64,000 bases of DNA from a bacterium (GTDB lineage: Bacteria; Patescibacteriota; Minisyncoccia; Minisyncoccales; JAGGXC01): contig JAGGWD010000005.1 in the NCBI GenBank assembly GCA_021157625.1, forward strand, positions 2,118 to 66,117. Reading direction: 5' to 3'. Shown here in pieces: positions 1 to 8,500 of this stretch. Under the pieces are notes generated by a model. The model was not told the DNA's origin, searched no databases, and worked only from the letters and a program-made list of their open reading frames with translations. Position 1 is the first letter of the stretch. Each line of letters starts with the position of its first letter. Position numbers and translations under genes: made by a program.

Positions 1-1226
1 CTAACCTCCTAACTATCTCAGAGGTTCCACCTCCTTTGATGCACTTAGCTCCTCTGATCTCAAAAAGAGATCAGAGTCCTGCTAAACGCAGGAAGATTTA
101 GGGACCTTAGATGGGAGTCAGGGCTGTTCCCCTCTCGACCTTGGACCTTAGCGCCCAAAGTCTAACTGCCGAGAATCCACAACCGGCATTCGGAGTTTGG
201 TTGGGATACCTGGCTTGAAACCACGGATATCCCATCCAGTGCTCTACCTCCGGTTGCTTCAAACTCGACGCTAGCCGAAAAGCTATTTCGGGGAGAACCA
301 GCTATTACCAAGCGCGGTTGGCCTTTCACCCCTTGCCACAGCTCATCCCAGAGTATTGCACGGCTCACGGGTTCGGGCCTCCCCCCGACTTTCGCCGGGG
401 TTCACCCTGGCCATGGCAAGCTCGCTTGGCTTCGGGTCTCCAACACCACCTCTAAAGGTCGCGCTATTAACGCTCGCTTTCACTATGCCTCCGCTCCAGA
501 GGAGCTTAGACAAAGGTGGTATTGGAACTCGTTGGCTCATTCTTCAATAGGCACGCCGTCACCCCGCCGAAGCGGAGCTCCGACTCTTTGTGGGCAAGAT
601 GGTTTCAGGTTCTATTTCACCGGGGTCACCCCCCTGCTTTTCACCTTTCCCTCACGGTACTAGTGCACTATCGGTGAGACGGACGTATTTAGCCTTGGCT
701 GGTAGTACAGCCTGCTTCCTCCGAGACTTTCGTTTCTCGGAGTACTCAAGAAAGATAACAAGGAGCGCAAAGGGGTTTTCGCCTACAGGACTATTACCTT
801 CTATGGTGCCCCTTTCCAGGGTGCTTCGGCTAACCAACCTTTGCCTAAATACTCTCCCTCGGCAAGCATTCTTGTGCACCAGGAATGCTCCCGACGTTAT
901 CTTCTTGCAACCCCTCAACAAAAATTTGTTGAGGTTTGGGCTCTTCCCTTTTCGCTCGCCGCTACTAAGGGAATGGTTTTGCGCAAAAGCGCAAAACTTT
1001 GTTTCTTTTCCTCCGCTTACTGAGATGTTTCACTTCAGCGGGTTCGCCTCTCGGCAGAAAGCCGAGATGTTCCGATTTATCATCGGAACGGGTTTCCCCA
1101 TTCGGAGATCCCCGGATCACAGGTTGCTAAGCACCTCCCCGGGGCTTATCGCAGCCACGCCACGTCCTTCATCGCCGCCGTCTCCCGAGGCATCCACCAT
1201 CTGCCCATAAAATGCTTCTCTTGGCC
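1..1226 (-). rRNA. rrl: 23S rRNA, 5' ~1.2 kb (remainder lies beyond the window start)
   Basis: Reverse complement of 1226->1150 reads GGCCAAGAGAAGCATTTTATGGGCAGATGGTGGATGCCTCGGGAGACGGCGGCGATGAAGGACGTGG, the conserved 23S 5' end. Plus strand ~1018-1033 is the complement of GUGAAACAUCUCAGUA. Plus strand 289-305 is the complement of GCUGGUUCUCCCCG. GC is far above the flanks, and ORFs here are short and mutually overlapping. Confidence 0.95.
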
Positions 1227-1302
1227 AGTAACTGACAATCATTTCATTCTTTTCTTTCCTTATTCAGTTTTAAGGTGCTTTCCTTATCTATCTTTCTAAA
1301 TC

Positions 1303-1330
1303 AAAAACCGCTTTCTTGGAAGCGGTTTTT
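1303..1330 (-). terminator. Perfect 10-bp hairpin with flanking A/T runs between rpsP and the 23S 5' end (terminator or rRNA-leader hairpin)
   Basis: aaaaaccgct (1303-1312) / agcggttttt (1321-1330), 8-nt loop. On the minus strand the stem ends in U5 and is followed by GAUUU. Confidence 0.5.
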
Positions 1331-1415
1331 CTGAGAACCTAAGTTCCCAGAAATATCAACCGCTTCCTTTATTCAATTTCTCTAAATTATCCACAATGTT
1401 TCTCATGCAATTTAA

Positions 1416-1444
1416 ATGTTAACAATTCAAAAACTGCTTGTCAA
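1416..1444 (-). promoter_or_regulatory. Sigma70-type promoter candidate upstream of 23S rRNA
   Basis: Minus strand reads TTGACA (1444->1439), 17-nt spacer, TAACAT (1421->1416). It lies 14 nt after the rpsP stop. Confidence 0.5.
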
Positions 1445-1457
1445 GAGTTAGGAAAAA

Positions 1458-1991
1458 TTAATCTGTTTCTGGTTTAGGTTCTGCTGGTGTTGTTGATTGT
1501 GGTTGAGTTTTTTCTGTTTCTTTCTCTGCCTCTGGCTTCTCTTCTGGCTTCTCTTCTGGCTTCTCTTCAGGTTTCTCTTCGGGTTTTTCTTCGGGTTTCT
1601 CTTCGGGTTTCTCTTCGGGCTTCTCTTCGGGCTTCTCTTCGGGTTTTTCTTCGGGTTTTTCTTCGGGTTTCTCCGCTGGTTTCTCTTTGGATTCAGTTTC
1701 GGGTTTAGGTGACTCTTCTGTTTTCTTCTTCTTATGAACAGGAATCTTCTTTCCTTTTAAAATTTTTTGTTTTATAAGCAAATTATGGACGGTATCAGAA
1801 CATTTAGCACCTTGCTTCAACCAATACTCTATTCTTTCCTTTTTCAGAGATACTTCCTTTGTTAAAGGATTATAATAACCAAGACGTTCAATAAATTTCC
1901 CTCCTCTGGGAGGATTTTTCTTATCACATACTACTATCTGAAAAAAGGGTTGATTTTTTTTGCCTCTTCTGAGAAATCTTATAGCCAACAT
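1458..1991 (-). CDS. rpsP: 30S ribosomal protein S16 with a long C-terminal (PEEK)n acidic/basic tail
   Basis: N-terminal ~80 aa MLAIRFLRRGKKNQPFFQIVVCDKKNPPRGGKFIERLGYYNPL... is canonical S16. The remaining ~95 aa is low-complexity. Confidence 0.92.
   Translation of the reverse strand: MLAIRFLRRGKKNQPFFQIVVCDKKNPPRGGKFIERLGYYNPLTKEVSLKKERIEYWLKQGAKCSDTVHNLLIKQKILKGKKIPVHKKKKTEESPKPETESKEKPAEKPEEKPEEKPEEKPEEKPEEKPEEKPEEKPEEKPEEKPEEKPEEKPEAEKETEKTQPQSTTPAEPKPETD
1524..1679 (-). repeat. Tandem 12-bp coding repeat (11 perfect PEEK units plus 2 degenerate flanking units)
   Basis: Plus-strand units cttctcttctgg / tttctcttcggg / tttttcttcggg repeat head-to-tail with period 12. Confidence 0.9.
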
Positions 1992-1992
1992 A

Positions 1993-2682
1993 TTACCATT
2001 TTTTTATATTTAGTGCTTTCTTTGCTGCTTCAATTTCAGCTTCTTGTTTGGAAGATCCTTGACCTTTTGCTATTAATTGATCGTTCAAAAATACACCTAC
2101 TATAAAATGCTTTGCATGATCCGGCCCCCATTCCTCCAGCACTTTATATGTTGGAGTAATTCCTAACCTCTCTTGTGATTCTTCCTGAAGACGTGATTTC
2201 GGATCTTTGTATAATCCTTTTTCAATAATGCGCGGAAGTTCCTTTATCAGATGTTTTTTTATAAACTTCTTACTTGCATCATATCCTAGATCAAGATAAA
2301 TTGCTCCTATTAATGCTTCAAAATTGTTTGCTAGAATGTAGAGCCTTGCTTTAGAGTTATCTTTTTCTTCTCCTTTTGAAAGCAAGAGAAACTCTTCCAG
2401 ACCTAACTCTTTAGCTACTTGGGCAAGTTGATGAGAATTAACCAAAGCAGCACGCCAGTTAGTCAACTCTCCTTCAGTTTTGTCAGGATAATTCTCATAG
2501 AGATATTCTGTTACTACCAACTCAAGCACTGCATCTCCCAAGAATTCTAATCTTTCGTTATGACCTAAATGAAAATCGGGGTGTTCGTTTAGATAAGATC
2601 TGTGTACAAATGCCTGAATTAAAAGATCTTGATTATTGAACGTAAGATTTAATTTCTTTTCTAATAGAGAGAAATCTTTCAT
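1993..2682 (-). CDS. rnc: Ribonuclease III
   Basis: RNase III signature HNERLEFLGDAVLELVV plus a C-terminal dsRBD (GPDHAKHF...GSSKQEAEIEAAKKAL). Confidence 0.93.
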   Translation of the reverse strand: MKDFSLLEKKLNLTFNNQDLLIQAFVHRSYLNEHPDFHLGHNERLEFLGDAVLELVVTEYLYENYPDKTEGELTNWRAALVNSHQLAQVAKELGLEEFLLLSKGEEKDNSKARLYILANNFEALIGAIYLDLGYDASKKFIKKHLIKELPRIIEKGLYKDPKSRLQEESQERLGITPTYKVLEEWGPDHAKHFIVGVFLNDQLIAKGQGSSKQEAEIEAAKKALNIKKW

Positions 2683-2685
2683 AAA

Positions 2686-3114
2686 TTATTTTTTAATTTT
2701 CTCCATTTCTTTATATACTGTCCCCAATACTCCATTTATAAACCTACCAGAACTCTCACCTCCAAAACTTTTAGCTAGTTCTATTGCTTCATTAATGGCT
2801 ACCTTAGGTGGAACTTCTTCTTTATTACCATATAATAATTCATAAAGTCCAATTCTTAAGACATTTCTATCAACAATAGTAATTTTCTCAAGCGGCCATT
2901 CAGGGGCCGCTTTCTCTATAATCTTGTTTAATTGAGAGAGATGAGAAGTTATACCTTCAACCAATCTCCAAATAAACTTAGTATCTTCCAAGCCAGGTCC
3001 AAATTCTTCTATATTTCTTTGAACAATTTCTTTTAAATCTTTTTGTTGATGGTAAAAATCCCACTCGTATAAACTCTGCATTACAATTGAACGAGAAAGA
3101 TGTCTACTTCCCAT
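2686..3114 (-). CDS. nusB: Transcription antitermination factor NusB
   Basis: ~140 aa. [18 protein letters not shown]... and ...[26 protein letters not shown] are typical NusB. Confidence 0.88.
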   Translation of the reverse strand: MGSRHLSRSIVMQSLYEWDFYHQQKDLKEIVQRNIEEFGPGLEDTKFIWRLVEGITSHLSQLNKIIEKAAPEWPLEKITIVDRNVLRIGLYELLYGNKEEVPPKVAINEAIELAKSFGGESSGRFINGVLGTVYKEMEKIKK

Positions 3115-3131
3115 TTTATTTTAATTTAGAA

Positions 3132-3416
3132 TCATTTTTTAGAAAGCTCTTCTAGAGTTAAAGATTTTTCTTTTCTCTTCTTTTGTTCGGTTTCCTTTAT
3201 TTCCTTTTCTCTTTTCTTCCTTTCTTTCTTCTCAAGTTTCTCTAAAATATTCACAACTTCTCTTCCTTTATAATAACCACAATTCCAACAAATAGTATGA
3301 GGCAAAACAAATTTACCACATCGAGGACATGTCGTTAAAGTAGGAGGTTCGATGAAAATATGCATCCTACGCTTGTTTCTTCGAGATTTTGTATGTCTTT
3401 GCTTTGGTACTGCCAT
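3132..3416 (-). CDS. rpmF: 50S ribosomal protein L32 with a K/E-rich C-terminal tail
   Basis: MAVPKQRHTKSRRNKRRMH...CPRCGKFVLPHTICWNCGYYKGREV (L32 zinc ribbon), then ~35 aa of KE-rich tail. Confidence 0.92.
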   Translation of the reverse strand: MAVPKQRHTKSRRNKRRMHIFIEPPTLTTCPRCGKFVLPHTICWNCGYYKGREVVNILEKLEKKERKKREKEIKETEQKKRKEKSLTLEELSKK

Positions 3417-3438
3417 ATCTATTCTATGATTGATTTCA

Positions 3439-3467
3439 ATATTAACAAAAAACTAATTTCTTGACAA
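3439..3467 (-). promoter_or_regulatory. Promoter candidate for the rpmF-nusB-rnc-rpsP operon
   Basis: Minus strand: TTGTCA (3467->3462), 17 nt, TAATAT (3444->3439). The start codon is 22 nt downstream of the -10. Confidence 0.5.
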
Positions 3468-3489
3468 GTACTGCCATATTTAATAATAA
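3461..3489 (+). promoter_or_regulatory. Promoter candidate for the 3507 gene. It shares a palindromic -35 with the divergent rpmF promoter
   Basis: TTGACA 3461-3466, 17 nt, TAATAA 3484-3489. GGAGG SD at 3496-3500. Confidence 0.5.
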
Positions 3490-3506
3490 ATACCTGGAGG
3501 AATAAA

Positions 3507-3857
3507 ATGGAAGTAATTTCTGGATTCGAGGGAAAGGATATAGAAGAAGCAATCAGAACAATAAAAGAAATTTGGGAAAAACAAGGTACCAAACCTAAAG
3601 GAGGACATGCACGTTACCAACTTCTGATTAGCAAGCTGAATGGAAGAGCGATATTTGTTCCTACAGTGAGCACTCGAGCAGGAACAGAAACAGTGATTGT
3701 GTGGAATCTCACTCTTGAACTTGCCAAAAAATTAGAGACAGAAGCCAAAAAGACAGACATTCCAATAGGATATCGATCTTATCTTTGGTTTGACAAACCA
3801 CCTGCACTTTTACCAAACGAAGAACAAAGAGAAGAATTCAAAGAGGAAAGAGAATAA
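3507..3857 (+). CDS. Hypothetical protein (116 aa), an isolated plus-strand gene with its own promoter, SD and terminator
   Basis: ORF preceded by a GGAGG SD and followed by the hairpin at 3868-3895. No family recognised. Confidence 0.6.
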   Translation: MEVISGFEGKDIEEAIRTIKEIWEKQGTKPKGGHARYQLLISKLNGRAIFVPTVSTRAGTETVIVWNLTLELAKKLETEAKKTDIPIGYRSYLWFDKPPALLPNEEQREEFKEERE

Positions 3858-3867
3858 TTCATTATAT

Positions 3868-3895
3868 GCCATTAGGAACCTCCTAATGGCTTTTT
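3868..3895 (+). terminator. Intrinsic terminator after the 3507 gene, overlapping the rnhB stop codon
   Basis: gccattagg (3868-3876) / cctaatggc (3882-3890), then ttttt. Confidence 0.7.
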
Positions 3896-4530
3896 AATTC
3901 TCTTAGAGGAGCGAAGGTTTTTCTGTGAATCTTGCAAGGCCCATATTTTCTCAGAAGCATCCGATGCGTTTTTGTAGGATATCCTTTGTGAAGATCAAAT
4001 CGATAATGAGGAAATTTTTTATGATAATTTTTCATTATTCTATCTCTGAGAACTTTAGCAACAATAGAAGCTGCCATGCAAGAAAAAATTTTTTGATCAC
4101 CTTTTATAATAGACTTTTGAGGAATATCCAAATCAATCCCGAAATTTCCATCTATAATTAAAAAATCAATTCTTTTTCCTAATTTTTTTTGTAACTTTGC
4201 TACCGCCCTCTTCATAGCCAATTTAGTTGCCTGCAGAACATTGATTTTATCAATTGTCTTTTCAGTAACTCTGCTTGTAGCGTACTCTATCTGAGGACAA
4301 GAAAGAATAATATCAAAGATTTCCTCTCTTTTTCTTGTACTAAGTTTTTTTGAATCCTTCATTTTCCTCATAAGCTTAAAGACTGTATGATCAAATTTTT
4401 TTCTTGGTAGAAGAACAAGGGCGCAGGCAACCACAGGACCTGCTAAAGGTCCTCTTCCTGATTCATCAAGACAAGCAATTATCTTAAATCCTTTCTTCTG
4501 TAGCTTCTTTTCTTCCTCTAAAATATCCAT
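3883..4530 (-). CDS. rnhB: Ribonuclease HII
   Basis: CLDESGRGPLAGPVVACA (catalytic DESGRG motif). Length ~215 aa. Confidence 0.9.
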   Translation of the reverse strand: MDILEEEKKLQKKGFKIIACLDESGRGPLAGPVVACALVLLPRKKFDHTVFKLMRKMKDSKKLSTRKREEIFDIILSCPQIEYATSRVTEKTIDKINVLQATKLAMKRAVAKLQKKLGKRIDFLIIDGNFGIDLDIPQKSIIKGDQKIFSCMAASIVAKVLRDRIMKNYHKKFPHYRFDLHKGYPTKTHRMLLRKYGPCKIHRKTFAPLRELKSH

Positions 4531-4553
4531 TATTTAATTCTAACATAAATCTC

Positions 4554-4582
4554 TTGCTAAACTACTTCTGAATGCTTAAAAT
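4554..4582 (+). promoter_or_regulatory. Promoter candidate for the 4606 gene
   Basis: TTGCTA 4554-4559, 17 nt, TAAAAT 4577-4582. An AGGAGG SD precedes the TTG start at 4606. Confidence 0.45.
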
Positions 4583-4605
4583 AGAATTGGAAGGAGGAGA
4601 GAACA

Positions 4606-4926
4606 TTGAAAAAAATTAAGCACAAGAAAGAAAAAAGAGAAAGGAATGACAAAAAATATAAAAAAGAAGCGAAAAAATTGCTCAAACATTTTAAAGAAAA
4701 AATAAACCAGTGCGCCCCTGAAGCATTAGTAGCAATTTTGGAAGAAATAGAAAGCAATTCTTTTCTTAAAGAATCGGATAAAAGGAAATTGAAAATTATG
4801 ATCGCAAAGAAGGAAAATCTCCCTCCAGAAATTATGGTAAAACTTAGACTCGACAAAGATAGAGCAGTAAGATTTTGGGCATACGATACTCAACGTCAGA
4901 AATCCTCTTTTGAGAGAAGGAAGTAA
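4606..4926 (+). CDS. Hypothetical lysine-rich protein (106 aa)
   Basis: ORF with a strong SD (GGAAGGAGGAG), a TTG start and the terminator at 4987. The antisense 99-aa ORF (4557..4856) looks like a low-complexity artefact. Confidence 0.55.
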   Translation: MKKIKHKKEKRERNDKKYKKEAKKLLKHFKEKINQCAPEALVAILEEIESNSFLKESDKRKLKIMIAKKENLPPEIMVKLRLDKDRAVRFWAYDTQRQKSSFERRK

Positions 4927-4986
4927 AAAAGTTCTTTAATCTCTCTCTCCGTTTATACTTTTCCTTTTCTTGAAATACTCTCCTAT

Positions 4987-5010
4987 ATCCCCTTTTTGGG
5001 GGATTTTTTG
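4987..5010 (+). terminator. Intrinsic terminator
   Basis: atcccc (4987-4992), loop ttttt, ggggat (4998-5003), then a T-run. Confidence 0.7.
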
Positions 5011-5025
5011 TTTTTTAAGCAAAAT

Positions 5026-5054
5026 TTGACTGAAGCTAGGCAAGAAGATAAAAT
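5026..5054 (+). promoter_or_regulatory. Promoter candidate for dnaE
   Basis: TTGACT 5026-5031, 17 nt, TAAAAT 5049-5054. Confidence 0.55.
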
Positions 5055-5095
5055 GAAATAATCTATTTTGAAACCAAACTCCTCAGAAATTGATT

Positions 5096-8000
5096 ATGAA
5101 ATTCACCCACCTTCATCTACATTCTCATTACAGTTTACTTGACGGTCTACCCAAGATTGACGAAATTATTGAGTATGTCAAAGAGCTGGGAATGGACTCC
5201 GTAGCTTTAACCGATCATGGAAATCTTTATGGAGCAGTTGAGTTCTACAAAAAAGCAAAGCAAGCAGGAATTAAACCAATAATCGGATGCGAAATGTATC
5301 AGGCCTACGAAAGAATGGAACAGAAAAGACCTCATATCGATGATAAAAGGTATCACTTAGTGCTTCTGGTAAAAAATAAGGAAGGATATAAAAATTTAGT
5401 AAAACTTGTAACAGAGGCACATCTCCGAGGATTTTATTACAAACCAAGAATAGACGAGGAGATATTGGCCCAACACAGTTCTGGATTGATTGGGCTATCA
5501 GCTTGTCTTCAAGGCAAGATTCCTCAATTAATAATTGCTAACAAAATTGAAGAAGCAAAGAAAACTGCATTAAGATTCAAGGAAATTTTTGGAGAAGGAA
5601 ATTTTTATCTAGAACTCCAACACCATCCAAATATTCCCGAACAGAAAAAAGTAAACCAGGCATTGATTAGGTTTTCAAAAGAATTAAATATACCACTGGT
5701 GGCTACGTGTGATTCGCATTATCTAAGACCCGAAGATGCTCAAGCCCAGGATATCTTAATGCTTATCAATACAGGAGCTGATCCCAACGATCCTGAGAGA
5801 TTAACAATGAAATCTGATGTGTTTTCGGTAAGAAGTCCGCAAGAAATGATGGAATTTTTTAAAGATATACCTGAAGCAATTGAGAACACTCAAAGAATTG
5901 TAGAAGAATGCAATTTCGAATTCGAACTAGGAAAAACAAAACTACCACGATTTGAAGTTCCGGAAGGTAAAACTCCAAATTCCTATCTAAGGGAATTATG
6001 TCAAGAAGGACTGAAAAAAAGATATGGAACCTCTCCAAGGAAAGAAGTAATAGAAAGAATGGAATATGAACTTTCAGTTATAGAACAAACAGGATTTGCT
6101 TCATATTTTTTGATAGTTCAAGATTTTGTCAACTGGGCAAAACAAAGACGAATCGTTGTGGGACCAGGACGAGGATCAGCTGCAGGATCTCTTGTGGCTT
6201 ATCTTCTTGGAATCACCAATGTTGATCCTCTAAAATATAATCTTTTATTCGAAAGGTTTCTTAATAAAGAAAGGATTTCTATGCCCGATATTGATATTGA
6301 TTTTACTGACCGTAGACGAGATGAAGTAATAGAATATATAGCTCAAAAATATGGAAGAAACAGAGTAGCCCAAATCATTACTTTTGGAACAATGGCAGCA
6401 AGAGCAGTAGTAAGAGATGTGGGAAGAGCACTGGGTTACTCATATAGTTTCTGTGATAGAATTGCTAAAATGATACCTTTTGGATTTACCCTTGATCAAG
6501 CATTAGAGAAGATTAGCGAATTTCGTGAATTATATGAAAATGATGATAAAGTAAGAAAACTAATTGATTTTGCTAAAAAATTGGAAGGATGTGCCCGCCA
6601 TGCTTCTACACATGCTTGCGGAGTGGTAGTTTCCAACGAGCCATTAGACACAATTGTTCCTCTTCAACACCCTACTCAAGACGAAAAAACTATTGTTACT
6701 CAATATGAAATGCATTCAATTGAAGATCTTGGTCTTTTGAAAATAGATCTTCTGGGATTAAAAAATCTTACCATCATTGAAGATACACTAGCCCGGATTT
6801 ATAAAGTACAGAATAAAAAAATTGATATAGAAAACATTCCTCACGATGATAAAAAAACATTTGAATTGCTTCAAAAAGGAGAAACAACTGGCGTATTTCA
6901 GTTAGAATCAGATGGAATGAAAAAGTACTTAAAACAGTTAAAGCCAACTAAATTCGACGATATCATTGCTATGGTAGCTTTGTATCGACCTGGCCCAATG
7001 GGACTGATTCCTGAATACATTCAGAGAAAACATGGAATAAAAAAGATTGAATATCCTCACCCAAAGTGCGAAAAAATTCTTGCCTCTACATATGGCATTC
7101 CCGTCTATCAAGAACAAATTATGCAGATTGCTCAGGAATTAGCAGGATTTTCTTTGAGCGAAGCAGATATTTTGAGAAAAGCAATAGGAAAGAAGATAAA
7201 GAAACTATTACTTGCCCAGAAAGAGAAATTTATTAATGGAATGATAAGAAATAATATAAAAGAAGAAATAGCACAGAAGATATGGAGTTGGATTGAACCA
7301 GCAGCCCGATATAGCTTCAACAAGAGTCACGCTACTGCTTATGCCACCATTGCTTATCAGACAGCCTATCTTAAAGCCCACTTTCCAGTAGAATTTATGG
7401 CAGCCCTTTTGACTTCAGAAAAAAACGACACTGAGAGAATTTCAAAGCTCATTGGTGAATGTAAAAAAATGGGAATTGAGGTTTTGCCTCCGGACATCAA
7501 CGAAAGTTTCAGAAACTTTTCAGTGATTCCTAAAAAGAAAAAAATTCGATTTGGTCTTCTGGCTATTAAGAATGTTGGCCAAAATGTGGTAGAATCAATA
7601 ATTCGAGAGAGAGAGGAAAGAGGACCTTTTAGATCGATTTCTGATTTTGTCTCACGGATTGATGGAGATGTTTTAAACAAAAAGTCGCTGGAGAGTTTAA
7701 TAAAAGCCGGCGTTTTGGATAGTTTGGGAGAAAGAAATCGACTTCTTGCAAGTGTAGAAAAAATTCTTATCACAAACAGAGAAATAAGGAGATTGGAAAA
7801 AAACGGTCAAAAGAATCTCTTTGGTCGCTCTTTTCATTCTGCTTGTAATTTTAAATTAGAAGACGCAAAACCTATTTCTCTGCAAGAAAAGTTAATATGG
7901 GAGAAAGAACTCTTAGGACTTTATGTAAGCGCTCATCCATTGGAGAACTTCAAGAACATCCTAAAAAATAAAGTTCTACCTATTAAAGAAATTAGTGAGA

Positions 8001-8281
8001 GATTATGGGGACAGAGGATTAAAATTGGTGGAATAATTTCGGGAATTAAAAAAATTATTACTCGTAATGGAAAACCAATGCTGTTTGTCAAAGTAGAGGA
8101 TTTGGAAGATAAAATTGAGGTAGTTGTTTTTCCAAATATCATTGAGCAAAACCCTACCGCATTTCAGGAAAACAAAATAGTAATGATTACTGGACGAGTA
8201 GATCAAAAAGATCAAGTTCCAAAGATTATCTGCGACAGTATTGAAGAGATTATGGAAGAAAAAAAGCAATGCAACAGATAA
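5096..8281 (+). CDS. dnaE: DNA polymerase III alpha subunit
   Basis: N-terminal PHP domain (FTHLHLHSHYSLLDG), the polymerase core (GPGRGSAAGSLVAYLLGIT, PDIDIDF) and a C-terminal OB fold. The ORF track starts at TTG 5090; ATG 5096 is preferred. Confidence 0.93.
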   Translation: MKFTHLHLHSHYSLLDGLPKIDEIIEYVKELGMDSVALTDHGNLYGAVEFYKKAKQAGIKPIIGCEMYQAYERMEQKRPHIDDKRYHLVLLVKNKEGYKNLVKLVTEAHLRGFYYKPRIDEEILAQHSSGLIGLSACLQGKIPQLIIANKIEEAKKTALRFKEIFGEGNFYLELQHHPNIPEQKKVNQALIRFSKELNIPLVATCDSHYLRPEDAQAQDILMLINTGADPNDPERLTMKSDVFSVRSPQEMMEFFKDIPEAIENTQRIVEECNFEFELGKTKLPRFEVPEGKTPNSYLRELCQEGLKKRYGTSPRKEVIERMEYELSVIEQTGFASYFLIVQDFVNWAKQRRIVVGPGRGSAAGSLVAYLLGITNVDPLKYNLLFERFLNKERISMPDIDIDFTDRRRDEVIEYIAQKYGRNRVAQIITFGTMAARAVVRDVGRALGYSYSFCDRIAKMIPFGFTLDQALEKISEFRELYENDDKVRKLIDFAKKLEGCARHASTHACGVVVSNEPLDTIVPLQHPTQDEKTIVTQYEMHSIEDLGLLKIDLLGLKNLTIIEDTLARIYKVQNKKIDIENIPHDDKKTFELLQKGETTGVFQLESDGMKKYLKQLKPTKFDDIIAMVALYRPGPMGLIPEYIQRKHGIKKIEYPHPKCEKILASTYGIPVYQEQIMQIAQELAGFSLSEADILRKAIGKKIKKLLLAQKEKFINGMIRNNIKEEIAQKIWSWIEPAARYSFNKSHATAYATIAYQTAYLKAHFPVEFMAALLTSEKNDTERISKLIGECKKMGIEVLPPDINESFRNFSVIPKKKKIRFGLLAIKNVGQNVVESIIREREERGPFRSISDFVSRIDGDVLNKKSLESLIKAGVLDSLGERNRLLASVEKILITNREIRRLEKNGQKNLFGRSFHSACNFKLEDAKPISLQEKLIWEKELLGLYVSAHPLENFKNILKNKVLPIKEISERLWGQRIKIGGIISGIKKIITRNGKPMLFVKVEDLEDKIEVVVFPNIIEQNPTAFQENKIVMITGRVDQKDQVPKIICDSIEEIMEEKKQCNR

Positions 8282-8324
8282 GCATTGCCTATCTCATAAA
8301 AAGAAAAAGAAAGAAAAGGAAAAA

Positions 8325-8459
8325 TTAAAAATTGAAATCTCTTTTCTTCTCCGACACTCTCTTCTGAAGTTCGTATATCTCTCTCCGGAAGTCATCGTCT
8401 ATCACAGATCTATATTTCTCTTTTTTGCGTTTCTTCTTTTCTCGCGATCTCCTACCCAA
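8325..8459 (-). CDS. Candidate small basic protein (44 aa, TTG start), not in the ORF track as such
   Basis: Minus strand has AGGAGGGAGAATA then TTG (8459). It encodes LGRRSREKKKRKKEKYRSVIDDDFRREIYELQKRVSEKKRDFNF, in the dnaE-thrS intergenic gap. Confidence 0.3.
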   Translation of the reverse strand: MGRRSREKKKRKKEKYRSVIDDDFRREIYELQKRVSEKKRDFNF

Positions 8460-8500
8460 TATTCTCCCTCCTATTATTTCTCTAACTAAAAAAGAAAAAT

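Noticed and set aside
51-75. Perfect hairpin ctctgatctc-aaaaa-gagatcagag inside the 23S region, considered as a possible intron or insertion
   Set aside because: It is only a ~40-nt expansion relative to my recollection of the E. coli helix layout. It has no ORF and no intron-like core. It is most simply a lineage-specific expansion segment, and the window ends too soon to judge further.
162-1210. Six ORF-track entries (68-206 aa) on both strands between 162 and 1210
   Set aside because: They lie inside the 23S rRNA gene, overlap one another, and have no SD or recognisable protein features. They are artefacts of a GC-rich non-coding gene.
1524-1679. Regularly spaced short repeats considered as a possible CRISPR array (also 27745-27850 and 22950-23100)
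   Set aside because: The units are 9-12 bp, contiguous with no spacers, and lie in frame inside conserved genes (rpsP, rplL, ftsZ). They are coding tandem repeats, not CRISPR.
1487-1712. Two plus-strand ORFs (73 and 71 aa) of Leu/Phe-rich repeats
   Set aside because: They are antisense reading frames of the rpsP PEEK tandem repeat: periodic low-complexity translation with no start context.
4557-4856. 99-aa minus-strand ORF overlapping the 4606-4926 gene
   Set aside because: It is the antisense frame of a K-rich gene (giving a Phe/Leu/Ser-rich product). The plus-strand gene has the promoter, a strong SD and a terminator, so the minus ORF is judged spurious.
8282-8500. Looked for a T-box leader upstream of thrS
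   Set aside because: I found no specifier-loop or T-box consensus, no antiterminator/terminator pair and no U-run hairpin before the thrS ATG. The region is pyrimidine-rich and better explained by the minus-strand small ORF or plain spacer.
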